Shown piece by piece: positions 1 to 9,120 of a stretch of 64,000 nucleotides of DNA (position 1 is its first letter; each line of letters opens with the position of its first letter). Both the position numbers and the translations under genes were made by a program. Under the pieces are notes generated by a model. That model was not told the origin of the DNA, searched no databases, and saw nothing but the letters and a program-made list of their open reading frames with translations. The stretch lies in the IMG/VR virus record IMGVR_UViG_3300029131_000181; one strand, given 5' to 3'. Source of the stretch: a virus.

Positions 1-441
1 ACTGCTTCGAGACAAAAAGTATTTTTTGGCGATTTCCTTATCAGTCATTCCGGCTTTCGCATCTTCCAACATAGCCGCATTGCGAACTTTCGTGGCAGCA
101 GACTGCTTTTTCTTGTTCTTCTTAATCGTAGCTTGAGCGTATTCAGAAACAGTATAGTAGCACTGCTGATAGGTCACGCCATGCTTCTTTGCGATTTCAG
201 CAACCGTCATCCCGGCTTTCGCATCTTGAATCATAGCTTCGTCGAGAGGTGCTCTTTTTGCTTTCTTTGCAAGATTCTTTTCTTTTGCTAGGTCTCTCAC
301 CATGGCATAGCAATAAGAGCTTGAAAAATACGTTTCCTTGGCGATTTCCTTGACAGTTTTGCCAGAAAGATACATTTCCCGGACTTTTTCTCGGTCTTCT
401 TTGACCTGCTGCTTCGCAACATCTTTCTTTGATGCAGCCAT
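1..441 (-). CDS. multi-HTH repeat DNA-binding protein (3' end beyond window edge)
   Basis: ATG at 441 read by eye. Absent from the ORF track because no stop lies in the window. Translation MAASKKDVAKQQ..GKTVKEIAKETYFSSSYCYAMV..GMTVAEIAKKHGVTYQQCYYTV..GMTDKEIAKKYFLS shows repeated HTH-like units. Paralog of the next two genes. Confidence 0.6.
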   Translation of the reverse strand, partial: MAASKKDVAKQQVKEDREKVREMYLSGKTVKEIAKETYFSSSYCYAMVRDLAKEKNLAKKAKRAPLDEAMIQDAKAGMTVAEIAKKHGVTYQQCYYTVSEYAQATIKKNKKKQSAATKVRNAAMLEDAKAGMTDKEIAKKYFLSRSS

Positions 442-445
442 GCAA

Positions 446-964
446 TTATTCCTCACTTTGACAACTTTTACTTTTCCCTGGGCCTGGACTATACCGCTTC
501 ATGGCGCGATATACGCTTCCCTTTTTGAGCCCGTATTCTTCCGCAAGCTCTTTGACAGAAACGCCGTTTTTGTATTTCCTGACCATCTCGGCGTTTCTTT
601 TCTTGCCAGTCTCGATACGGTTTTGGCTGTGGATTTGTCGGCCATTCTTTCCGTGTGCATGAAGAATCCGATAAAAGAGCGTTCCACTGATGCCGTATTT
701 TTCCTGAAGCTCCGGAGATTTTGCGCCCATCTCATATTCATGAATCATCTGGGTTTGCCAGGCTTTCTTCTTTGCTTTTCTCTGCCGGGCCTGTTCTTCG
801 TAAAAGTCCTTCAGACTATATCGGACAGTAGAAACACAAATTTGATACTTTTCGGCCAGCTGTTCCTGGGACATACCGTTCTTGGCATCCTCCAGCATCT
901 TTTCATTTCGCGCCCTGACTTTGTCATGAGTTAGACACACGTGGGTAATCTTGTTAATCGGCAT
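446..964 (-). CDS. multi-HTH repeat DNA-binding protein
   Basis: 172-aa ORF with RBS AAGGAG 10 nt upstream. Three ~50-aa units such as MSQEQLAEKYQICVSTVRYSL, SPELQEKYGISGTLFYRIL and VSVKELAEEYGLKKGSVYRAM resemble resolvase/sigma-region-4 type HTH. Confidence 0.75.
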   Translation of the reverse strand: MPINKITHVCLTHDKVRARNEKMLEDAKNGMSQEQLAEKYQICVSTVRYSLKDFYEEQARQRKAKKKAWQTQMIHEYEMGAKSPELQEKYGISGTLFYRILHAHGKNGRQIHSQNRIETGKKRNAEMVRKYKNGVSVKELAEEYGLKKGSVYRAMKRYSPGPGKSKSCQSEE

Positions 965-1481
965 TTTCGCTATTCTCCTTAGCTCTGGCTTTTACGTTAT
1001 ACTGGTAAATCCCATTTTGATGAAGGATAAGATAACCTAGTGAAGGGCTGATATTTACCTCCCTGCTCAACTCGATAATCGATTTTCGAGGATTTTTCTT
1101 GTAAGCATCAAGAAAAGTTTGGTTCCGCATCTTTTTCTCTTTTTTGAGAGCTGTTTCAATATGATTGTATTTTTGGCTTTCGTACTCTCCGCTCGAATGC
1201 AAGATTGCATAAATACGCTGCATGGAAATGCCGTACATCTTGCCCAATTCTCTGGCCGTCATACCGCCTTTATACTGTTTAACAATTTGCTCATTTCGAG
1301 TGGTAAGTCTCTTCCTCTTTTTTTCAAAATAACGAGGCGGCTCCTGCGTACCTTTTAGAATCTTGTAGCACATCGTTTCTGAAAGATTATAGTCCCTCGC
1401 GATTTCTAAAATCGGCTTTCCATTTTTGTAATCTTCGATGATGCTTTTATTGCGGTTCATGCGTTCTTCTTTGTTTGACAT
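954..1481 (-). CDS. multi-HTH repeat DNA-binding protein
   Basis: ORF 954-1619 trimmed to the ATG at 1481 (GGAGG just upstream), giving MSNKEERMNRNKSIIEDYKNGKPILEIARDYNLSETMCYKIL... Same repeated HTH architecture. Confidence 0.7.
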   Translation of the reverse strand: MSNKEERMNRNKSIIEDYKNGKPILEIARDYNLSETMCYKILKGTQEPPRYFEKKRKRLTTRNEQIVKQYKGGMTARELGKMYGISMQRIYAILHSSGEYESQKYNHIETALKKEKKMRNQTFLDAYKKNPRKSIIELSREVNISPSLGYLILHQNGIYQYNVKARAKENSENAD

Positions 1482-1593
1482 AAAGCCTCCGATAAAAAGA
1501 AAGAGCAGGTTCAAAACTGAGCCCGCCCTAGCCTTTCGGTCGGATTTTGCCCGACCAACGATGTTTTTTGATGCCTTTCGTTCTATATTTTGT

Positions 1594-1621
1594 ATTATAT
1601 GCAATTCGCACAGATGCACAA
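1594..1621 (-). promoter_or_regulatory. motif-class promoter, copy 1
   Basis: Minus strand TTGTGC-ATCTGTGCGAATTGCA-TATAAT (16-nt spacer, GTGCGAA core). Upstream of gene start 1481. Confidence 0.6.
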
Positions 1622-1719
1622 TGTTTTTCTTTCTGGTAATTTATGGTAAGTGTTGTGCAAAAAAATAAGACCACCACCCTTTTTGGGGCAGTGGTCTTGA
1701 TTGCTATTGCTTTTGAAAA

Positions 1720-2169
1720 TCAATCCAGTAGTTTTCCGGCCTTGTATGAGTGGTACAAATAGCTCGGATTACAATAGTAAGTTGCAGTATTAAAATCTGA
1801 GATGTCATCGCTAATGAACGAGGAAAATACATCAATTACATCCTGGACACTAGGAGTGCTAGTACAGTCAAAGATGATGCGCTGGTACACTTTTCCGATA
1901 TCTGTATAAGATGGAACCTTGTAATGGCAGTTAGACACCGTATCATACGTTCCTTCCGGCACAGGAAAAAGCTCACAAATTTCATCGGCAGATTGCTCAA
2001 AGCTCTGGCAGTGAAACACATCCGCTGAGTCGAGAATTGCCTTGACTCCGTTTGTGCCAAGAGCAGAAACCACATCCTTGCGATGATTCCTCGTAACGCG
2101 GCCGATATATTCAATCAGGCTGCAGGTATAAAAGACATCGTTTTTGCTGTAGGTTGCAGTTTCAGTCAT
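1720..2169 (-). CDS. hypothetical protein, translationally coupled partner of the DUF3990-like gene
   Basis: 149-aa ORF whose start overlaps the upstream stop (ATGA at 2166-2169). No motif recognised. Confidence 0.65.
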   Translation of the reverse strand: MTETATYSKNDVFYTCSLIEYIGRVTRNHRKDVVSALGTNGVKAILDSADVFHCQSFEQSADEICELFPVPEGTYDTVSNCHYKVPSYTDIGKVYQRIIFDCTSTPSVQDVIDVFSSFISDDISDFNTATYYCNPSYLYHSYKAGKLLD

Positions 2170-2618
2170 ACTTCAATCGCCTCCTTAAAAGAGAGACATT
2201 TCAAAGCGACTTCCGTGTGAAAGCTGATTTGATGCGTGGGATGCTTGAATTTTGCCAACGCCCAAAAAGCTTCACGGCTAATATCACCGCTTAGAAAGTC
2301 GTTGACGTAGTTCCAAATGGTGTCATCCGCCATGGGTCCTTCCACAATATCATAGTCATGATGTTTGCCCGAACGACATATAGCAATAAAATCAAGCCAC
2401 TCATCACTCATTTCGGGGAATTTCTTAATATTTAGCATAGGAGATTCTGTATATTCAAACACGTTGACAATACCACGAGACCTGCCTTTTTTTGACCAGC
2501 GAGCGGCTTGTTCGTAGTTGCTAGTGCAATAGAATCCCCATGAAAAATCTTTGGCGTACCTTGTTTTTCTGACCTCAGGGTTGCGGACTATTACATCGCT
2601 GCCATGATACAGAACCAT
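2166..2618 (-). CDS. DUF3990-like protein, possible H-Y-E ADP-ribosyltransferase-type fold
   Basis: ORF trimmed to MVLYHGSDVIVRNPE. The N-terminal LYHGS, the FYCTSNYEQA tyrosine segment and VFEYTE fit the DUF3990 signature and an H-Y-E ART pattern. Called from memory, not searched. Confidence 0.6.
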   Translation of the reverse strand: MVLYHGSDVIVRNPEVRKTRYAKDFSWGFYCTSNYEQAARWSKKGRSRGIVNVFEYTESPMLNIKKFPEMSDEWLDFIAICRSGKHHDYDIVEGPMADDTIWNYVNDFLSGDISREAFWALAKFKHPTHQISFHTEVALKCLSFKEAIEV

Positions 2619-2739
2619 TATTATCACTTCCTTGCATATATTATACTTGTTTTTATGTGTTAACACAATCATTTCGTATGATTTTGGTTCCTACGCTTTT
2701 TGCTGAAAGAACCCGAATCAAAGTTTCGTTCTAGGAGTA

Positions 2740-4173
2740 TCAGCTGTTCGATTCACCCGGCAGCCACTGCTGAGGATAAGCGCGAAGCAGATTTTTCGGT
2801 ACGCAGTCATTCAGAGCGGAATTCTCAGCAAGAGCCATATCAATGATGTAGTAATCATTGCCGTTGCGCATTACATCGACGCTCCACTGCCCTGTCAACT
2901 CAATGCGAGGAATAACCTTCTTCAGCTCAGCCAGAACAGTTTGAACGCTTTCGTGGTAACGCTGGTTCAGAATGTCTTCATGCATCTTGTAGACAACATA
3001 ATCATGGCGTTCCTGTGGGCTGCTGACTTTTTTGAATTCGTTCTTCATAACATCGCTGCGCCAATAAGGACTTGCGCCAAGGATTTCCTTTGTATCAAAA
3101 TCCACAAACACGCGATATTCAGTGTGCAGCGGCAAACCGTTGTAGATGGTGGGGTTATTTTCTTTGTCCTTGATGTATTCTCTGACGACCCACTCGTTCG
3201 TGGTGTTCGCGCCGTAGAAGCAGCGATTGTTCAGAGGGGATGCCATCGAGCATGTCAGATGATTCAAAAACAAGAAATACTCGCCCATCTCATTGATTTC
3301 CTTCGGGTTATGGATATGAGCGTTGCGGAATTCGTATTTGGAAGAATACGTGCCCGTTTTGATAAAATAGTCTTCGTATCCATCAAGATGGAAGACTTTC
3401 TGGCAATAACGGTTCACGATTTCCTTTGTAACGGGATTCAACGTCTCGAAACCAAGGCGGGTAAGCTGCAGCATGGTGATAGGTACGCGAAGAATTTTTG
3501 TGTCCGGAACCTTGAAAAATGCGCTGCCGTACAATCCCTCTACCAGAGGAGGAAACCAGAAGCCCATAGAGTTGGGGTTCATCTCAAGCATCTGATAAGT
3601 GAAGTCATCAAGGTCGAGGATGTCAAGACCTTGACGGAACATGTTGTAGTAGAACATTTTTGTGCTGTCGTTCTTTGCATTCTTGTAGCCTGCGTAGTTT
3701 TGAAGCAATTCCTTGTACGACGGCTCAGAAATGTCAATCTTCATCAACTTTCCGGTGAGCTGCGGACGGAGTTCTTCGGGGTAGCGTTTCAACTCCTCGT
3801 TTGTAACCTCTGTCATAAAGTCGCGGTTGGCAGAGTATGTCACATAATAGCCACCGCGTTCCGCGTTGTAGATGTACAGACGCGTTTCAAGCACCAGTTC
3901 TGTGACGATGCGGTCAATGAGCGAATTGAGTTCCGGTGGGAAGTAGACCTTTTTGTCGAGAATTGCTTTGACTGTAGCTGTATCCCACTGGAGCATATTT
4001 TCATGCAGCTCTCCGCTTTCAAGAACCTGTGTCTTATAGACCTCATCAAAGGTTTTGAGGGCATCAGGGTCAGTTTTGAGCATTGCTGCAAGCTCCTCAT
4101 AAGAAAACGGCTTATCTTTCTTATCGGTTAAGATGGCGCTGATTTGTTCAAACATGTCTTTTGTTTCAGTCAT
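2740..4173 (-). CDS. ATP-grasp-fold protein (R2K/CDC123-like clade candidate)
   Basis: 477-aa ORF with RBS AAAAGGAG. Motifs HTEYRVFVDFDTKEILG and QWSVDVMRNGNDYYIIDMALAENS are typical of ATP-grasp C-terminal halves. Confidence 0.6.
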   Translation of the reverse strand: MTETKDMFEQISAILTDKKDKPFSYEELAAMLKTDPDALKTFDEVYKTQVLESGELHENMLQWDTATVKAILDKKVYFPPELNSLIDRIVTELVLETRLYIYNAERGGYYVTYSANRDFMTEVTNEELKRYPEELRPQLTGKLMKIDISEPSYKELLQNYAGYKNAKNDSTKMFYYNMFRQGLDILDLDDFTYQMLEMNPNSMGFWFPPLVEGLYGSAFFKVPDTKILRVPITMLQLTRLGFETLNPVTKEIVNRYCQKVFHLDGYEDYFIKTGTYSSKYEFRNAHIHNPKEINEMGEYFLFLNHLTCSMASPLNNRCFYGANTTNEWVVREYIKDKENNPTIYNGLPLHTEYRVFVDFDTKEILGASPYWRSDVMKNEFKKVSSPQERHDYVVYKMHEDILNQRYHESVQTVLAELKKVIPRIELTGQWSVDVMRNGNDYYIIDMALAENSALNDCVPKNLLRAYPQQWLPGESNS

Positions 4174-4243
4174 TTGTGGTCTCCTTTTCTAAAAAAGCCA
4201 CCGTTTCTGTAGGAAAACAGTGGCAATGTATAAGTGATATGGT

Positions 4244-4984
4244 TTAGCTTGCAATGTACAACTCGCTGTTGGAAATGTTTTCCAGCCAGTTTTTGTTCAT
4301 TACATTACCAAAACGATATTTCTTCTGCGACTTGTAGGACCAATCGCAGCCGGAAACGACATCACCGATGGCGTTCAAGTACAGCTCGCCGCTGTAAAAG
4401 TCGATATCGCCGGTTTTGTTGAATTCGTATTCGAGCTTGTCTACATGAGGTTCACGCTTCTTATAGATATTCGAATCGAGATTCTTAGCACGCCCTTCGT
4501 TCAGTAAATAAGCCAGATGGAAGTCCGTTACCTTATCGTTACGGTTATATTTCAAGCCACTAAGGATACTTTCACTTTCATATGGGATTGCTTCGTGGAA
4601 GTTATCACTGCTGATGCAAAGACCGCACATATAGTCATCTTTTTCATCGCAGTAGGCCCACCACTCCAGACTCGCCATAGCAAGGTCAGCCATCTTATCG
4701 ACAGCTTTTCCGTTAGCGACCATGTAAAAGCTTCCAACGGCGATACCGCGCTCTTTGACAGCTTTCAAGGTGTATCGAATTGCCGGTATATTCAGAGAGA
4801 TTTCCCCACCGGTAAAGGTAAGAGAGCTGATATAAGCTCCCTTCTCAAAGTTGTCGAGAAAAGCATCGATGTACTTCTCCTGAATATCGATGCTTTCGGC
4901 ATCTCCGCGCAGGCAGTGCGCACAGCACATATTGCATCGGCGCGTAACTTCTATGAATACGTTGTTTGCGCTATAAATACGCAT
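4244..4984 (-). CDS. radical SAM enzyme
   Basis: 246 aa. VTRRCNMCCAHCLRG contains CX3CX2C, followed by the TFTGGE glycine-rich SAM motif. Confidence 0.85.
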   Translation of the reverse strand: MRIYSANNVFIEVTRRCNMCCAHCLRGDAESIDIQEKYIDAFLDNFEKGAYISSLTFTGGEISLNIPAIRYTLKAVKERGIAVGSFYMVANGKAVDKMADLAMASLEWWAYCDEKDDYMCGLCISSDNFHEAIPYESESILSGLKYNRNDKVTDFHLAYLLNEGRAKNLDSNIYKKREPHVDKLEYEFNKTGDIDFYSGELYLNAIGDVVSGCDWSYKSQKKYRFGNVMNKNWLENISNSELYIAS

Positions 4985-5002
4985 TTTTTCATGCCCTTTC
5001 TG

Positions 5003-5329
5003 TTATTCTTCCTCGCAATCCTCGTAGTCGTCCATGAAGTTCTCGTTGCGGTCGACGACAACATTCACATCCGGCGGAGCGATTTTAGTCAGACCATAGT
5101 TCAAGAAGAACGAGCCGGGAATGTCATCGACATCGCCCCAGTTCCAGCAACCACAGTTGATTTCCAGCTGTCGTTTGCCTTCATCCGTCTTGAGATAGTC
5201 CTTGACAGCACTGCGCAGGACCGTTTCGGGGTCACGGATTTGCTCCGGATTGTAGCTAAACTGAATCAGTGTGCATTCCGTTGCGGATAAGCCAATGACC
5301 TCATTGGCGACGATAGTGAATACTTCCAC
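5003..5329 (-). CDS. hypothetical acidic protein
   Basis: 108-aa ORF with GTG start and GGAGGG RBS. Acidic C-terminus DDYEDCEEE. Confidence 0.6.
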   Translation of the reverse strand: MEVFTIVANEVIGLSATECTLIQFSYNPEQIRDPETVLRSAVKDYLKTDEGKRQLEINCGCWNWGDVDDIPGSFFLNYGLTKIAPPDVNVVVDRNENFMDDYEDCEEE

Positions 5330-5345
5330 CGTAAGTTCCCTCCCC

Positions 5346-5672
5346 TCACGCGTTGACGATACCGCCGTGCTTGGCCAGAACCGCGTCTACGGTTTCTACG
5401 GGCACATACCCGTAGACCGTAGCCAGCGGTGCCTCGTCGTCTTCAGCAAACGGCAGAAACTCTTCGACCTCCTCAGACAAGTAGCTGAGTTCGACCTTAG
5501 AGTAATTGCCGTCCGACAGGTCTTCGTTCGGTATGCAGTAGTGCATGCCACTTGCCTGAATCGACAGGGTGAAGCCGTCTGCACAAACTGCTTCCGGACG
5601 AAGTGCAGCAGTACCAAAGATGGTCTTGCTGAAGGTTTTGCGGAGAAATTCGTTGGTATTGAAAATAGCCAT
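5346..5672 (-). CDS. hypothetical protein
   Basis: 108-aa ORF with RBS AAAGGGAG. Confidence 0.6.
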   Translation of the reverse strand: MAIFNTNEFLRKTFSKTIFGTAALRPEAVCADGFTLSIQASGMHYCIPNEDLSDGNYSKVELSYLSEEVEEFLPFAEDDEAPLATVYGYVPVETVDAVLAKHGGIVNA

Positions 5673-5707
5673 AGTAATATGCTCCCTTTCTGTGTGTGAG
5701 ATGTTTC

Positions 5708-6448
5708 TTAGATGTACTTTTCCCAGAAGCGCTCGAACTCTTCGTCCGGCATCTGGGCTTCGGTTTCATCCATCACGCGGTCGTAAGTATCGCTGGAAAT
5801 GTCGGTCCCGACAAAATCAGCAACAGCCTCATGTCCGCGCTTCTGGATGGCATCCTTCAGGATAGCCCAACGACATTCGTGAATGGCATCATCCAGCGTT
5901 TTGTTGCCATCAGGCTGCCAATACTCGCCTGTCTGCTGAATTCTATAAAGCTCATCCAGCGCATCATCAACATTGTTTTCGAGAAGAATATCGTCAATAA
6001 AATTGATAGGATAATCCTTGCCGTTGATTTTCACTTCTGCATAACTGAACGAGTCATCATTATCGGGGCTTGCGCAGCATTCGACAGCAAAAACTTCATG
6101 GGTTTTGCGGTTGGCTTTGCATGGCAGATTGAACATTGCACCGGAATCAAAGCAGGACTCAATGCAGGCATTGACCACATCGCTTACGGGAGACTCTGCA
6201 GCCTCCTGATATTCCGGCATGTGCCAGATGTCGATGCTTGCCTTGTTGGTATCCTCAATGTTGCGGACCTTCAAGACACGGACACCCTTCTTCTCCATGT
6301 GAATGACGGCACGGCACAGGTCCACACGGATTTCGTGTGAATCCATAATGGTGCCACGGTCATCCTTAGGTAGGAAGATTTCGATAACTTTGTTGATATC
6401 GGGGGTTTCGGCGACGAAATAGACTTTGTCATCGTGAATTTTGAACAT
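5708..6448 (-). CDS. hypothetical protein
   Basis: ORF 5708-6472 trimmed to MFKIHDD (AAGGAG 9 nt upstream). Acidic, no motif recognised. Confidence 0.65.
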   Translation of the reverse strand: MFKIHDDKVYFVAETPDINKVIEIFLPKDDRGTIMDSHEIRVDLCRAVIHMEKKGVRVLKVRNIEDTNKASIDIWHMPEYQEAAESPVSDVVNACIESCFDSGAMFNLPCKANRKTHEVFAVECCASPDNDDSFSYAEVKINGKDYPINFIDDILLENNVDDALDELYRIQQTGEYWQPDGNKTLDDAIHECRWAILKDAIQKRGHEAVADFVGTDISSDTYDRVMDETEAQMPDEEFERFWEKYI

Positions 6449-6473
6449 TGCATTACGCTCCTTCTTGTTCATA

Positions 6474-6514
6474 CAAAAAGGGCGGGCTCCCTAAAAACAG
6501 GAAGTCCGCCCTTT
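6474..6514 (-). terminator. leader hairpin + U-run between promoter and RBS
   Basis: Minus strand AAGGGCGG-loop-CCCGCCCTTTTTGT, immediately before the AAGGAG RBS of gene 6448. Confidence 0.6.
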
Positions 6515-6585
6515 AAGCGAAATTGTGAATGTACGAAAGGCATAAAACCCTTTCGATATAGAATGTTATCTATCGTACAATTTTT

Positions 6586-6613
6586 ATTGTAGTCGGTTCG
6601 CACAGCTTGTCGA
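6586..6613 (-). promoter_or_regulatory. motif-class promoter, copy 2
   Basis: TCGACA-AGCTGTGCGAACCGAC-TACAAT on the minus strand. Confidence 0.55.
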
Positions 6614-6631
6614 GTAAATCAGGTGCAATTT

Positions 6632-7792
6632 TTATGGTTTGCAAATCCCACACGCCGAATACCCTTCCTGGATGAGCTCATCGCGGGGCCCCATATAGTC
6701 GATTCGATTCTTTTGACTCATCGATTCGACTGCAGAGCAATCGGGTTTGTGAAACTTCATAGTGCTCGTGTTCAGAACGTATGTCTCGTCTATGACAAGT
6801 GAAGCTTTGTCCTGTTCATCCTTGGAATCTGCAGCACTACCGGCTTCAATCCGATTTTCATCATGATATTCACCGGAAGTGAAACTTACCTCTTTGCCAT
6901 CCGAGGTGCAGTAAATATCACCCAGCAGGTCTGTGCGATAAACCTCGACACCTTTGTTTTGCAACTTGTCGAGTGTTTCCTGATGTGGATGACCGTAACT
7001 GTTCCCTGTGCCACAAGAAATCACAGCATATGTTGGATTTACCGCATCCAGAAAAGCCTCTGAGGTAGATGTACTTGAGCCATGATGCCCTACTTTCAGA
7101 ACTGTTGACTGAATGTCTTGTCCCGATGCAAGTATCACGTTTTCCGCTTCCTGTTCCGCATCTCCGGTAAAGAGGAACGAGGTGTCTCCATAGACAATAC
7201 GCAAAACAATCGAAGTATTGTTCGTGTCATCGGGAACAGAATTAACACCAACTATCGTGAATTCTGCTTTCCCTAGAGTATAAGTGTCTCCCACATCCGG
7301 TATCGTGATGCCTCCGCCTTTCTGTTCCGCGTGGCTTGCAAAGTCCCGAAATGCTTTGCTGTCGTATTCTGTCACAGGGCATAGAGTCATGTCCGCAGTG
7401 ACGGCCTCAAAGGCACCGGACAAGCCGCCGATGTGGTCTTCGTGCGCGTGAGTCCCAACGACATAATCCAGGTGCCCATCGGTTTCACGCTGCATAACAG
7501 AATATAAGAGGTTAGAATCATCGACATTACCGCCATCAATAAGCATTGAGTGGCCGTCGCAGGTGATAAGGGCGGAATCCGCCTGCCCTACGTCTATAAA
7601 GTGAATGGTAAAGCTGCCGTCCACCGAACCGCCAGCCGTCTGTTCACTGCTTGCAGTGCTTTCTGAGACGACCCCGGTGCTGGATGGACTTTCCGATATT
7701 ATCGGATTCTGACCGCAGCCGGTGAAGCTGAGTGCAAGGAGCGTAGCGATGATTGCCGCCGTGCTCCGGAATAGATTGTTTTTGAGTTTCAT
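6632..7792 (-). CDS. MBL-fold metallo-hydrolase lipoprotein (ComEC C-terminal-domain-like)
   Basis: Lipobox LALSFTGCGQ. HFIDVGQADSALI..GTHAHEDHIGG..GHHGS metallo-beta-lactamase motifs. C-terminal Cys/His cluster HKPDCSAV..CGICKP. Confidence 0.9.
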   Translation of the reverse strand: MKLKNNLFRSTAAIIATLLALSFTGCGQNPIISESPSSTGVVSESTASSEQTAGGSVDGSFTIHFIDVGQADSALITCDGHSMLIDGGNVDDSNLLYSVMQRETDGHLDYVVGTHAHEDHIGGLSGAFEAVTADMTLCPVTEYDSKAFRDFASHAEQKGGGITIPDVGDTYTLGKAEFTIVGVNSVPDDTNNTSIVLRIVYGDTSFLFTGDAEQEAENVILASGQDIQSTVLKVGHHGSSTSTSEAFLDAVNPTYAVISCGTGNSYGHPHQETLDKLQNKGVEVYRTDLLGDIYCTSDGKEVSFTSGEYHDENRIEAGSAADSKDEQDKASLVIDETYVLNTSTMKFHKPDCSAVESMSQKNRIDYMGPRDELIQEGYSACGICKP

Positions 7793-7809
7793 ACTTTTTC
7801 TCCTTTCAA

Positions 7810-7850
7810 CAAAAAAAGCGGACCTACCCCGCTATGGGATAAGTCCGCTT
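7810..7850 (-). terminator. leader hairpin + U-run between promoter and RBS
   Basis: Minus strand AAGCGGAC-loop-GTCCGCTTTTTTTGTTGAAAGGAG, followed by ATG 7792. Confidence 0.65.
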
Positions 7851-7901
7851 AAAATACAGATTGTGAATCCTACTGATTTTTAGTATCTGTTCACATTTTA
7901 T

Positions 7902-7929
7902 ATTGTACGGCGTTCGTATATTTTGGCAA
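7902..7929 (-). promoter_or_regulatory. motif-class promoter, copy 3 (degenerate core)
   Basis: TTGCCA-AAATATACGAACGCCG-TACAAT. Confidence 0.45.
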
Positions 7930-7932
7930 GCG

Positions 7933-8145
7933 CTATTTTTCCCCAAACTTGATGTCGATATATACAATCTCAAAGCACAGTGCAGCGCTCAAGGCAAATC
8001 CGAGAACGATATACGACGGGTGAGTTAAGGACCAGCCAGGATTCGCTAGATACCCATGCCAATATCTAATGTTAAGTACAAAAATAAACACCGGCAGAAT
8101 TAGATACCAGATGCTTTCCAGCACAATTTTGATGTCTTTTCGCAT
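7933..8145 (-). CDS. small membrane protein
   Basis: 70 aa with two hydrophobic segments. Confidence 0.5.
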   Translation of the reverse strand: MRKDIKIVLESIWYLILPVFIFVLNIRYWHGYLANPGWSLTHPSYIVLGFALSAALCFEIVYIDIKFGEK

Positions 8146-8146
8146 T

Positions 8147-8263
8147 TCACTCGCCTCGAAATTCGAGCGGAATCATGGTCCGGCGCTTTTGGCTTTCTGA
8201 ATACCAGATAACGCCAAATCCGACCAGGATAGCGAAAATGATGATTTTCAAAAGCTTCTTCAT
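8147..8263 (-). CDS. 38-aa single-pass membrane peptide
   Basis: Below the ORF-track cutoff, read by eye: MKKLLKIIIFAILVGFGVIWYSESQKRRTMIPLEFRGE. RBS AAAAGGAG. The stop abuts the next start. Confidence 0.45.
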   Translation of the reverse strand: MKKLLKIIIFAILVGFGVIWYSESQKRRTMIPLEFRGE

Positions 8264-8440
8264 TTATTTCTCCTTTTATGCTGCGGATGCAAAGATGTCA
8301 CCGCAAGGGCAGTTATAAAACATTTTATACCGACTTGTCACGGCCGATATATCCCAATTCTTAATATCTCTCTCCTTTTTTAGAAAATTTTTATCGCTGC
8401 GAATATCTTTATGGCATCGTGATATTCGCAGAATAATTGT

Positions 8441-9106
8441 TTATGCTTTGCTCATTTTTGTCAGTCGCTTAGCAACTGACATGATGAGCCATTTCTGGGT
8501 TTTCTCCGAGAGTTGGCGGGGCTTGCATTCGATTTTCTTGCGAATCCCGCAGGTATTTTCGCCGTTGTAATATAGCAGAACTCCTATACCATCAGGAATC
8601 TCATCTTTGACTTTCTTGTATAGTGCTAACGGCATCGCATAGTAGTTACAGTGCCCCACAAAGTTGTGGCCATGGTCAGAGTGAAAGTCACTCACGGAAA
8701 CCTTAATTTCCACGCAGGTGACGACGGTGTCGATGGTGTATGTATGTTTCGTTTTGTACAGCCTGCAGAACCGTTCCGTACAAGGTTCGTTTCGAAAATT
8801 CCAGTCAGAGATATCTTTGGGGCATGATACCTCCTGCGTCCACTGCCGGACGGACGGCATAACTAAGTCTCTGTCCTCATCCCTGTACATTGAGAGTTTG
8901 CAGGTCCCACATTTTGTTTCTGATGTGAAGCACTCTTGAACCCGAACGAAGTCAACAAGGCCGGATTTTATCGAGCCACACTCGACAGGTACTTCCAGAG
9001 CGTCGAAGCCTTGACGGAACGAATCAACCCGGTATCCACCATAGTTGGCAGGATGCCAAACCTTTAGCGCTGATTCGATTTTTTGAGTCAGAAGAGTTTT
9101 TGCCAT
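8441..9106 (-). CDS. PD-(D/E)XK nuclease-fold protein (MmcB-like) with Cys-rich insert
   Basis: Trimmed to MAKTLLTQK (GGAG RBS). GLVDFVRV...VTCVEIKVSVSDF fits a D...E-x-K motif. Confidence 0.5.
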   Translation of the reverse strand: MAKTLLTQKIESALKVWHPANYGGYRVDSFRQGFDALEVPVECGSIKSGLVDFVRVQECFTSETKCGTCKLSMYRDEDRDLVMPSVRQWTQEVSCPKDISDWNFRNEPCTERFCRLYKTKHTYTIDTVVTCVEIKVSVSDFHSDHGHNFVGHCNYYAMPLALYKKVKDEIPDGIGVLLYYNGENTCGIRKKIECKPRQLSEKTQKWLIMSVAKRLTKMSKA

Positions 9107-9120
9107 GGCTGCTCCAATCC

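Noticed and set aside
2941-4131. Long plus-strand ORFs antisense to well-supported minus-strand genes. Examples are 2941-4131, 9613-10665, 12160-13269, 36440-37558, 39900-41126, 46584-47879, 57832-59097 and 59515-60441.
   Set aside because: They are shadow ORFs. They lack RBSs, have odd Cys/Arg/His/Phe-rich composition, and each lies opposite a gene with clear domain motifs.
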